Source of the DNA: a virus
Length of the DNA: 64,000 nt
Virus record (IMG/VR): IMGVR_UViG_3300035698_020241
Location: 32,001-96,000 of that record
Strand: one strand, 5' to 3'
The translations under genes and the position numbers were made by a program. Shown here piece by piece: positions 47,448-56,037 of the stretch; the stretch's first letter is position 1, and the number at the start of each line of letters is the position of its first letter. The notes beneath the pieces were generated by a model that searched no databases, was not told the DNA's origin, and saw only the letters and a program-made list of their open reading frames with translations.

Positions 47448-47634
47448 ATTCTTATCTCCTTTATTTTTTGTTTGTTTGTTTGTTTATGTGTACATACTAT
47501 CAAATCCGAACATTCTTGTAAATCTTTTATTTAAAATCTTTTTAAAGACATACGGATCCAACTTTGATCCATAAACCTTTAGAAATACTTTAAACTTTGC
47601 AGTTTTAACTATTTGTTTTTACTCTGTTTTGTCT

Positions 47635-48777
47635 TGATTGACACGCTAGCGTTTTAAGTGTTATTGTTAAGACCCTGATAATATTGTTAATTCACCTCGG
47701 CCGATGATGTTTCACAATACATGTAAGTACAACTTACATTGTGTCTGTTACCTCTTTGATCTGTATTCATTATATCAAATCCGAAAGCCGTTGTAAATGA
47801 AAAATAATAACTAACGAATTCAACACTTTGTAACTTACTGATTTTTCAAACTCAATCTCGATCACTGGAAAGATTATAACATACTGAAAACATTTTGTAA
47901 AGAGAAAAATAACCTGTAATGGTTTCAGTGGTTTACTCGAAGGGTGTGAATCTCCAGCGCAGAACCGATATGGTGTGTGGCTCAAAAACCGCCCCTGGAG
48001 CCACGGAGATTGCGGAGGATCGACGGAAAAATCTTCTGAAGGTCTCAGTAAGGGGTAAGGCAGCCTGCGCAAAATCCCAAAAGTAAAGATAATTTTATAT
48101 AATGGCCATGACCCTTCAAGGTGTTGATATATCACTATCGAGATATGATGGTGTTGATACCACATGGTGTTGGGATATAAACACTCATAAGTCCGTGATA
48201 TGATGATGCTCTGGTGCGGATTACCGTATAGGACCAACGGAGAGTGCGAGGACTGGGCGGAAATCTGATCTGAAGGTACTGACATCAACCTTAGATACCA
48301 AGATCAGTCTGCGCAAAATCCGTCAGACTGATAATGATTTCAGATAGTTACCTGAGCTGTTAGATACCAGATCGTCCAAGCCCTTGAAATCATTGAGAAT
48401 AATTCTTTGTTTACATACCAGTGGCCGTTTGTTATAATGTATACATTGATCGGGTAACACACTGAGTGAATTCAAAGAGTTACAAAGTTATAAAGTGTTG
48501 AAATTGTTCAGGAAATTTTTTGATTTACATTTGAGTTGAGATTTGATATAATGGAAACAGATTGAGAAAGTAATACAACAAAAGTTGTAACAACAAAAGT
48601 TGTACAGTAAAAGTTGTTACACAATAAAAGTTGTAATTAAGATTTTTGATTTACAAGTAAAATGAAGTTTGTTATAATGAGTATAAGAATAGAATTGACT
48701 ATCACCAATTTCATTAATGGACTGCAGACCATAAATGGAATTCAACAATAACTTTTAAAACGCTAGCGTGTCAATCA
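47635..48777. repeat. 23-bp perfect inverted repeat pair (47635-47657 and 48755-48777) with longer imperfect flanks
   Basis: TGATTGACACGCTAGCGTTTTAA and TTAAAACGCTAGCGTGTCAATCA. Confidence 0.9.
48580..48634 (+). repeat. Four direct repeats of AAAAGTTGT (iteron-like)
   Basis: Copies start at 48580, 48595, 48609 and 48626. Confidence 0.85.
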
Positions 48778-49288
48778 CGATAAAACAAAAAAACAAATAA
48801 TTGAAAAAATTATAAAGATTATAAAATGTTTAATTCAGGCTTAACGATAGAGTTAATATGTTGATAATGTACCTGTTTTTAGTATACCATTGTAAATTCA
48901 GACATAATTATCACCTTTGTACCTATCATACACCACGAGTAGTCACTGATAGCTCTACATTGCGGATTTTGTGATCTTGAAAAGTAACTGAGGAGAAAAC
49001 AATCAAACAGTCATTTTATAATTTTTATAATTTTTTGAGTTAAAAGTAAATGGTTTCAATATGTTGATAATTTAATGTGGGTTATCTTGACGGAATAACT
49101 GGTTCGCAACCAAACATGGAAATGTCGAAAGTATAACGAGGTATTGCGCATCGTATCAGCTTTTGTCCAAAGTATCAGTTACTTTGGCGAGTTCGGTAAG
49201 GCAATAAATATCTTTTGATTATATCAATTCCTATTATCAACATTTTAAAGTTATTTACTTAACAGTTTGAAATGTTTATGAATTATTT

Positions 49289-49399
49289 TATACTGAGGCG
49301 AAAATGGTACACGTCCTGTTGAGAAGCAGAGTTGGTAAGGTTCGATTCCTTACAATTAATAAACTGGAGTCAAACGTGGGTTCGACCCCCACCAGTATA
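49289..49399 (+). ncRNA. tRNA-like element with two tandem T-arms
   Basis: TATACTG/CAGTATA closing stem; GTAAGG-TTCGATT-CCTTAC and GTGGG-TTCGACC-CCCAC. Confidence 0.55.
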
Positions 49400-49482
49400 T
49401 TTTTTTTGTTTACAAACATTTCGTTTTTGTGTATAATGAAGTTGAGTTTGAATTTAACATTTAAAAAATAAAGGAAATTACG

Positions 49483-49740
49483 ATGGGCTTTGACAAAACA
49501 AAAGATAAAGAATTAATGTCGAAAGAGTTAGAAAGTGGTCTTCGCATTTCGGTTTTTTCTTATAACGGCGGCGAAGCCAAACTCCAGATCGGCCCCAGAG
49601 TTTTTGATAAAAGGGACGGATCCAAGGGTTACGGAAAAGCTGGCAGAATGTCTCTTAAAGAGGCTGTTGCTTTGGCTGGTCTTATGCCTCGTATATCAGA
49701 GGTTATGAACGGTCTTCCGGCTAATTCTCTTCCTGAATAA
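49483..49740 (+). CDS. PC4-like putative ssDNA-binding/transcription protein
   Basis: SVFSYNGGEAKLQIG...GRMS..EA pattern; strong RBS and promoter. Confidence 0.55.
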   Translation: MGFDKTKDKELMSKELESGLRISVFSYNGGEAKLQIGPRVFDKRDGSKGYGKAGRMSLKEAVALAGLMPRISEVMNGLPANSLPE

Positions 49741-49940
49741 CAGTTTACAAAAAACAAATCGCACTGTCACTGTGAGGATGGATAACATGGTCAAACGATG
49801 GACGACTATCTCTATGTAAAAAAACATGAATTTATGTGGATTTCAAGATAGATACCGAAATCAGAGCGACCAGAAACCAGTAAACACATAGAAGATTCCA
49901 GGTTGTAAACCCTGGTCGATTTTTGAAAATAGTATAAATT

Positions 49941-50093
49941 AATGTGATAGCTTAATGAGAAAGCGCCTGCCGGTAAGGGCGGGAGATATCAGGATAGAGG
50001 CCTGAACATATTGATAACTAATGGTAGTTTAAAGCGGATAAAACACCGGCCCAATTTGGGGTCGGAGCTGTCGGAACCGGGCCTGACCCATTT
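49941..50093 (+). other. Two highly degenerate tRNA-shaped elements (49941-50012 and 50020-50093)
   Basis: D-, anticodon- and T-like stems are retained in order but the loops are non-canonical. Confidence 0.4.
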
Positions 50094-50158
50094 AATTTAT
50101 ATTATTTTCTTAAAAATGAGTTGACATATCATATGTATGTTAACTTAACATACATGGG

Positions 50159-50340
50159 TATTTTAAAATTGACACACGTTAAGCGTCTTGCCCCCAAAGC
50201 GCTCCTATTACCTGCTTGAACTATGAAATCAGCGGGAAAAACAGCCAAACCGGGCCCGAGATGTGAAACCATGTGAAAATTATGGTAGAAATCTATAGCA
50301 GCGAGCTGTTATAGTCACCGTTACCTTCAATTTTAAAATA
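50159..50340 (+). ncRNA. Candidate ~180-nt structured ncRNA
   Basis: 14-bp perfect terminal inverted repeat enclosing several hairpins. Confidence 0.5.
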
Positions 50341-50546
50341 TCAAAGTGCATGAAATCCGTGCACAGTGGATAAGAGTGAGTGGCAGGTGTTCGTTTCGGG
50401 CGCACAACCCCCCAATATTTTTATTCATTTGTTCAAATTGACTATATTTTGATCCGAATATATACTTTATAGTCAATAGGGAACTCGGTAAAAATTTTGT
50501 TTGACATATCATGTTATACATGTTATACTCAAACCATAATAATTGT

Positions 50547-50622
50547 TGCGGAGTAATGCAGAGGTCAGCAGCTAAGGCTCATAACCTTAGAGTCATGGGT
50601 TCGAATCCCATCTCCGCTACCA
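50547..50622 (+). tRNA. tRNA-Met(CAT), initiator-like
   Basis: Unpaired 1:72 position, CT-CAT-AA loop, CCA; TTGACA-N17-TATACT promoter upstream. Confidence 0.85.
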
Positions 50623-50626
50623 CGAT

Positions 50627-50716
50627 TTACAAGGTAATGCAGTCTATAACGGGAATACTTGAAATATAGTTGTAATGGCCAGACTGCCCCAGTTGGGTGC
50701 GTCCCGTTCCTTGTAA
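50627..50716 (+). ncRNA. Candidate 90-nt pseudoknotted RNA directly after tRNA-Met
   Basis: TTACAAGG/CCTTGTAA enclosing the crossing helices GCAGTCT/AGACTGC and AACGGGA/TCCCGTT. Confidence 0.55.
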
Positions 50717-50749
50717 TAATAACAGAAACCCTTATAAAGGAGTCTAAAA

Positions 50750-51001
50750 ATGAGTAAAGAGATAAGAGAAAAATTGAAGAAACCTGTTGTTGTTTTAAAC
50801 ACAGAATTTGCAGCTACGGATGTCGTATTTAAGAAGGCATGTGAGTTGGCAAGCGCTGATTTGGAAGAGAAAACAGGCGGTAAGGTAAGAGATAGAATAA
50901 AACCTACCCAGCGTCAAGCTTCCAAATACCGTAACAAAAAAGGTTCTGCCTTTCTTTTCAAAGTAGAGGCAAGTGCCCACTTGGCAAGTGAAAAAGAATA
51001 A
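50750..51001 (+). CDS. Hypothetical protein, paralogue of 51376..51612
   Basis: EFA.TDVVF.K.CELAS...KPT..QASKYRNKKG.A is shared. Confidence 0.75.
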   Translation: MSKEIREKLKKPVVVLNTEFAATDVVFKKACELASADLEEKTGGKVRDRIKPTQRQASKYRNKKGSAFLFKVEASAHLASEKE

Positions 51002-51195
51002 TAGTTTTTTAGTTTACTTTATCCTGGCCATGTGTTAAGATAGAGTTAAATTAAAAAGGAGAAAATATAATGAAAAACACATTTATTAAAGTACTGAAAT
51101 ATATCTTATTAGATCGGAAGATTTGGTATTATATTATAATTGGTCTAATGTTTGGATATTTATTAGGTTTCTTAATTACATAAAAGGAGATTAAT

Positions 51196-51363
51196 ATGGC
51201 TTTTGATAATGATTATAAAGATTGGCGAAAATCTTATAGAGGATCAAAAAAATATGACAGAACTTGTAGAAATAACGGTTCATGTCAATACTGTAAAGGA
51301 AATCGACTTTACAATTCTCAAAAAAGGATTATAGAGATAAATTCAAAAATTAACGATATTTAA
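51196..51363 (+). CDS. 55-aa Cys/basic protein (not in ORF track)
   Basis: RKSYRGSKKYDRTCRNNGSCQYCKGNR after AAGGAG. Confidence 0.6.
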   Translation: MAFDNDYKDWRKSYRGSKKYDRTCRNNGSCQYCKGNRLYNSQKRIIEINSKINDI

Positions 51364-51375
51364 AGGAAATGAAAA

Positions 51376-51612
51376 ATGTTTGTAATAAGCAGAGAAAATA
51401 AAGATATCACAGATTTAGAATTTGCCAACACGGATGTAGTGTTTAGAAAGTCATGTGAGTTGGCAAGTAAAAAAATTGAAGTGAAAACAGACGGTAGAGT
51501 AAAGAATGGTGTAAAACCTACTGAAAATCAGGCATCCAAGTACCGTAACAAAAAAGGCTTGGCTTATCGTGTAAGAAAATATGATAGGGAGATTTTGAAA
51601 TGGATGTTTTAA
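51376..51612 (+). CDS. Hypothetical protein, paralogue of 50750..51001
   Basis: See paralogue. Confidence 0.75.
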   Translation: MFVISRENKDITDLEFANTDVVFRKSCELASKKIEVKTDGRVKNGVKPTENQASKYRNKKGLAYRVRKYDREILKWMF

Positions 51613-51876
51613 TCATAAAAAAAGACAATGGTAAACAATATCTCATATATTCTGAAAAACAAAGAATTATAGAGACTTTGAAGCGTGAAAAAGAAACAAA
51701 GGAAATGATGAAAAACTTTATCTTCAAATAAATTCTTTTTTCAATTTACATTCTTCTGGCAGTGTGTTAGAATGGTGTAAATTGTGAAACGAAACATGAA
51801 ATAAAAATTTTAATTTTTCATTTACAAAAAAGTAGGGATTTAGTATAATGACCTAAGTCGAAAATAACTTTAAACT

Positions 51877-51917
51877 GACGAATCAGAGTAGTCCATGGGG
51901 GACGAATCAGAGTAGTC
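51877..51917 (+). repeat. 17-bp direct repeat in the leader of the HU gene
   Basis: GACGAATCAGAGTAGTC at 51877 and 51901. Confidence 0.9.
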
Positions 51918-51951
51918 AACTAAAATAGCCAAATATAAAGGAAAAAATATT

Positions 51952-52278
51952 ATGAATAAAGCTGATCTTATCAACTTCGTAGCAGGCGACACCGGCGTAA
52001 CCAAGAAAGATGCCCGCACGATTATCAATGCAGTACTTGAGGGAATGACTGACGGTCTTTCCACAGACGGTAAAGTAACACTCGTTGGTTTCGGTACCTT
52101 TTCCGCAGTAGCTCGTAAGGCTCGTAAGGCTCGTAACCCTAAGACGGGTGAAGCAATTGACGTTCCAGCCAAGGTAGTTCCGAAGTTCAAAGCTTCTAAA
52201 GCTCTCAAAGAGGCCGTTGCCGATCTTGACCTCGACGCTCTCAAAGCAGATGTCGTAGTTGATGAAGTAACTGACTAG
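51952..52278 (+). CDS. hup: HU/IHF-family DNA-binding protein with acidic tail
   Basis: MNKADLI...GKVTLVGFGTF...ARNPKTGEAI...PKFKASKALK. Confidence 0.93.
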   Translation: MNKADLINFVAGDTGVTKKDARTIINAVLEGMTDGLSTDGKVTLVGFGTFSAVARKARKARNPKTGEAIDVPAKVVPKFKASKALKEAVADLDLDALKADVVVDEVTD

Positions 52279-52285
52279 ATTTTAT

Positions 52286-52315
52286 GAAGTGGGGAGACAA
52301 CAATCTCCCCACTTC
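52286..52315 (+). terminator. Strong hairpin after HU (no U-run)
   Basis: GAAGTGGGGAGA/TCTCCCCACTTC 12-bp stem. Confidence 0.6.
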
Positions 52316-52319
52316 ACTG

Positions 52320-52542
52320 TTTCAAAAGTTTATTGAGGTATATACTCAAATAATGAGTATACAAGGTTTTGTCCGTCGTCCAGTTAACTTTATGCGAGAT
52401 AACAATTCTATTTGTACTATAGAAGGAGGCTACCTTTAGTGATTATGCTGTCACCACTCTATTGATTAGTCATAAGAACAAAACGCGGAAAAATTGTGAA
52501 TGAGGCACAAGTTTGTGTGTATATCTCAATAAGCTTTTGAAA
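52320..52542 (+). ncRNA. Candidate ~220-nt structured ncRNA
   Basis: 26-bp closing helix with three G-U pairs, internal hairpins, terminator immediately downstream. Confidence 0.55.
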
Positions 52543-52646
52543 AAAGAAAAGGGTAATAGACAACAAATCTATTCCCTTTTTTAGGTTTACAGTACTTGAT
52601 ATCTATGGTATAATGGAGGTATAAAATAAACGAAAGGAAATTAAAT

Positions 52647-52826
52647 ATGTTTTTTATTAGTGATTTAGGATATGGTTATGTGGCAAAAGGGAAAAAATTT
52701 GACACATACCAGGAGGTAATTGATTACAAGAATAAAAATTATCCTAATGATTCTCTTTATATCTGTCAATATAGTGAAGTTGATGAGGAAACAAAGGCAT
52801 ATTGGAGAAGTCACTGGGAAGATTAA
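52647..52826 (+). CDS. Hypothetical protein (59 aa, not in ORF track)
   Basis: Promoter, RBS and ORF MFFISDLGYG... Confidence 0.55.
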   Translation: MFFISDLGYGYVAKGKKFDTYQEVIDYKNKNYPNDSLYICQYSEVDEETKAYWRSHWED

Positions 52827-52847
52827 AATAAACGAAAGGAGTGTGTC

Positions 52848-52994
52848 ATGGCTAAGATAAAATTTACAATAATTATTACAGCGTCAACGGTAAAGAAAGC
52901 ACAAGGACGCATTCCTATTGCGAAACCTGGTCACTTTTTTAAAGACAAGAAACACTATAACAGAACCATTAAACACAAGAAAGGCTTGGTGTAA
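52848..52994 (+). CDS. 48-aa basic peptide with ArfA-like motif (not in ORF track)
   Basis: ...FKDKKHYNRTIKHKK; AAGGAG RBS. Confidence 0.55.
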   Translation: MAKIKFTIIITASTVKKAQGRIPIAKPGHFFKDKKHYNRTIKHKKGLV

Positions 52995-53061
52995 AATTAA
53001 AGAAACATTGACAATCATTAGATAAGAAACCTTAACCTTAAAATAAGAAAGTTTATATAAA

Positions 53062-53541
53062 ATGAAATATACAACAAAAGTTCCTACGAAATATAGAAAT
53101 AAACTAACAAGAGGTATTATTCATATATTAAATAATGAGCAGTATGAATATATATGGAAATGTGTTGATAAAGTAAATGATAAATTTGACTCATTTTTAT
53201 ATGATTTAAAAGATGAACTTATAGGACCTGTTGAATTTAAGACATCACATAATGGCACCTTTGAACTTAGAAGAAGTGGTACATATGCTAATAGAATAAG
53301 GGACTATAGTAAAAATAAATTCCTTGTATGTGTAAGTTTTAAAACTCGTTATTTTTATATGGTACCAACAAAAATAATAGAAGGTAAATGTTCAATATCA
53401 GAAGTTTGTTTGAAAAAAAATAAATGTGCAAATTTTAAATTATCTTTTTCTAAATTTAAAGAACTGATCTATGTAGGATGTTATCCTATTGAATGGGCCG
53501 TTAAAACATATAAAAATCACAGATATCTGGAGAAAATATAA
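53062..53541 (+). CDS. Hypothetical protein
   Basis: 159-aa ORF. Confidence 0.55.
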   Translation: MKYTTKVPTKYRNKLTRGIIHILNNEQYEYIWKCVDKVNDKFDSFLYDLKDELIGPVEFKTSHNGTFELRRSGTYANRIRDYSKNKFLVCVSFKTRYFYMVPTKIIEGKCSISEVCLKKNKCANFKLSFSKFKELIYVGCYPIEWAVKTYKNHRYLEKI

Positions 53542-53761
53542 TTTAAAGGAGAAGTTCAATTTGAAAGATTTTATAGGAAAAGGAGAAACATGAGATATAT
53601 TATAGTGGCAGAGGACAGTTCCATTTACAAAACAGATACAATAACCGATAGTGAAAGGAATGCAGTTGAATCCGGAATTCTTGATGTTATTGATACTAAA
53701 TATATGACCCAAATGACATCTGAGGATGGATGGGTTGAACTTGAGAAATGGGGATACTAAA

Positions 53762-54043
53762 ATGGGATATAAACAATGTAAACAATGTAATAAAGTGTTC
53801 TATCATCATGAATCATGTGGTTCTGAAAGGTGTTGTGATAATGGCTTTTGTTCCGATAAGTGTATGAAGGAATCAGATGTATACAAATCTATGATGAAAA
53901 ATGCTGAGGAGTTTTACGATTCCCTTTCTATGACACAAAGGAAAAGATTTAATAAACTAATGGATGTTTATACTGACTATGAGGATGAAATTGATGCTTT
54001 AATATATGAAGTGGACACTTTCTTAAATAGTAAAGGAAAATAA
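53762..54043 (+). CDS. Hypothetical zinc-binding protein
   Basis: Start MGYKQC; CxxC...C...FCS..C. Confidence 0.6.
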   Translation: MGYKQCKQCNKVFYHHESCGSERCCDNGFCSDKCMKESDVYKSMMKNAEEFYDSLSMTQRKRFNKLMDVYTDYEDEIDALIYEVDTFLNSKGK

Positions 54044-54044
54044 A

Positions 54045-54383
54045 ATGACTATAAAACTGATTCCTACAAAGAACATAATGAAACGAATCCAAAAATTTAC
54101 CATAGATAATGACCTGAGTAGTGATTTACATGATTCGGGAACTGCGAAGATGAGTAAAGGTAAGGGTACATATAAATATGTTGAATTCGGTAAAGGTAGT
54201 GTTTATGGTAAAGTAAGAATATATGGACAGAATTTTATAAGTGTTCAATATAGCACAAAATCTAATGGAAATATGCGACTTTTTAAATCTGAAAAGGATG
54301 CTATAATGTTTTTAAGTCTGGTGTTTGTACAAACACCAGACTACAAGGAAGCAATGAAAGTGAGGACTCTACATGAATCATAA
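54045..54383 (+). CDS. Hypothetical protein
   Basis: ORF with RBS. Confidence 0.6.
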   Translation: MTIKLIPTKNIMKRIQKFTIDNDLSSDLHDSGTAKMSKGKGTYKYVEFGKGSVYGKVRIYGQNFISVQYSTKSNGNMRLFKSEKDAIMFLSLVFVQTPDYKEAMKVRTLHES

Positions 54384-54753
54384 TAGAATATGTAAGATTA
54401 AATGTGATGATTATAATAAAGGACCGTTTATTCCTGAGTCGTTTGAACCTAAACTCATATGGACAATAACAGAGTCATATTTTGAGGAACATCCAAATCC
54501 AAAAGGATTGCCAAAATATATAAAAATTGTGGCTTATGTTGGTGATAGTAAATTGTGTGTTTATTCACATCCTTATAGTTACGGTCAATTTACCGCTTCT
54601 GGTTATAATTGGGGATTCGGTGGAAAGGCCTTCTGGCTTGATACAAATGACCCTGAGGAAGCAATTTATATAACAGAACATAAGTTATTTGACTGGGCAG
54701 ACACGAAACGATGGTATTATGAACAAATAGCAGATTTAGTTAATCCATATTAA
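54373..54753 (+). CDS. Hypothetical protein
   Basis: Coupled ORF. Confidence 0.6.
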   Translation: MNHNRICKIKCDDYNKGPFIPESFEPKLIWTITESYFEEHPNPKGLPKYIKIVAYVGDSKLCVYSHPYSYGQFTASGYNWGFGGKAFWLDTNDPEEAIYITEHKLFDWADTKRWYYEQIADLVNPY

Positions 54754-54764
54754 GGAGAATATAA

Positions 54765-55106
54765 ATGATTAATAATCCACAACTTATAGTATTAAGTAAG
54801 GATGAATTTAAACATATGAAAAAAACCTTAGCTGGCCAAGGTATAAATGTGGTTAATGAGGAAATTGCTGTTACAGTTTTATTAGAAAATAAATCATGGA
54901 TAGCAGTAAACGGTGACACATGGTCTGATTTAGACGATGATGAACAGCATATAGTATTAGCACATGAATCAGCACATACAACGGGTATAATAGACGAGGA
55001 AGAAGCGGATATATGGGCATTAGATGTCCTAAATCCAAAACAAAAAACAATGTTAATAAATATGTGGGGGGTAAGACATGGACACGATTTCAAGAATAAT
55101 TCATAG
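54765..55106 (+). CDS. Small HExxH putative metallopeptidase (IrrE/ImmA-like motif)
   Basis: LAHESAH...EEEAD.WAL. Confidence 0.6.
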   Translation: MINNPQLIVLSKDEFKHMKKTLAGQGINVVNEEIAVTVLLENKSWIAVNGDTWSDLDDDEQHIVLAHESAHTTGIIDEEEADIWALDVLNPKQKTMLINMWGVRHGHDFKNNS

Positions 55107-55304
55107 AATAACAGACGAATATATTTACCTGAATGTACTTAGATTTTATGTCTGGGTGCTTTTTTCCATTTAATAGTCGGAAAAACAGATCAAGATGTAT
55201 AAATAATTTCGTAAAGAGATTTTTAAGAAAAATAATTAGTTTACATTATATATAATTTATAGTATAATTATTATATAAAATAATGTAGGAGGAAAAAAGT
55301 TTAG

Positions 55305-55595
55305 ATGAATAAAAAAGAGTTGGTAAATTATGTTGCCGCTAACACGGAACTAACAAAAAAGGATGCAAACACATTGCTTAATTCTGTTATAGAAGGAATT
55401 AAACATGGCCTTACAAGTGACGGAAAAGTTGGTCTTGTAGGTTTTGGTACCTTTTCTCTAGTAAAGAGAAATGCTAGAACGGCTAGGAACCCACAAACTG
55501 GTGAGCCTATTGCCGTGCCAAAGAAAGTGGTTCCCACTTTTAAAGCAAGTAATACACTTAAAAATACAGTTGAACATATGGAACTGGATGATTAA
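55305..55595 (+). CDS. hup: Second HU/IHF-family DNA-binding protein
   Basis: MNKKELV...LVGFGTF...ARNPQTGEPI...FKAS..LK. Confidence 0.93.
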   Translation: MNKKELVNYVAANTELTKKDANTLLNSVIEGIKHGLTSDGKVGLVGFGTFSLVKRNARTARNPQTGEPIAVPKKVVPTFKASNTLKNTVEHMELDD

Positions 55596-55669
55596 CGCCT
55601 AAAGGTAAAAAAATTAATAGGGCGTTGGTCATGAGATCAACGCCCTTTTTTATTGGAGAATATGAGTTT

Positions 55670-56032
55670 ATGAGTTTATTTAAAAAAGTGGATATGATAG
55701 GACATTCAGGTAAGAAACTTAAATGGAAGATTGAATGTGACGCTCTAACAAATAGTGATTGGATGGCATTAGCCTTCATGATATCAGAAAGAATAACATT
55801 TAATAAAGTCGTTGGTATACCAAGAGGTGGTACCAAACTGGCTAATGAATTAAAAAAATATACGGACCCCGAAAGTAAAACAATCTTGATGGTAGATGAT
55901 GTTTTAACAACTGGCGGTTCAATGGAAGATGCAAAGAGAGGTTGGCAGGAACAGAAAAATATTGTTGGTTATGTTATATTTGCAAGACAGAAACCAGCAG
56001 ATTGGATAAAATCATTATTTACAATGGAGTAA
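55670..56032 (+). CDS. Small phosphoribosyltransferase (OPRT-like)
   Basis: VGIPRGG and the PRPP motif MVDDVLTTGGSM. Confidence 0.85.
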   Translation: MSLFKKVDMIGHSGKKLKWKIECDALTNSDWMALAFMISERITFNKVVGIPRGGTKLANELKKYTDPESKTILMVDDVLTTGGSMEDAKRGWQEQKNIVGYVIFARQKPADWIKSLFTME

Positions 56033-56037
56033 AGAAA

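Larger units (their letters stand above)
46153..47522 (-). promoter_or_regulatory. Leftward sigma70-type early promoters at 46153-46181, 47064-47092 and 47494-47522
   Basis: TTTACA-N17-TATACT, TATTAT and TAGTAT, each with TTTGW just before the -10. Confidence 0.8.
48410..49437 (+). promoter_or_regulatory. Rightward sigma70-type early promoters at 48410-48438, 48524-48552, 48650-48678 and 49409-49437
   Basis: All four read TTTACA-N17-TATAAT. Confidence 0.85.

Noticed and set aside
47770-48288. 172-aa minus-strand ORF in the central region
   Set aside because: No RBS, atypical composition, and it overlaps repeat motifs; probably spurious.
50159-50340. 6S RNA
   Set aside because: The size fits, but it folds as a multibranch rather than a rod with a central bubble, and CTTGAAC is in the wrong half.
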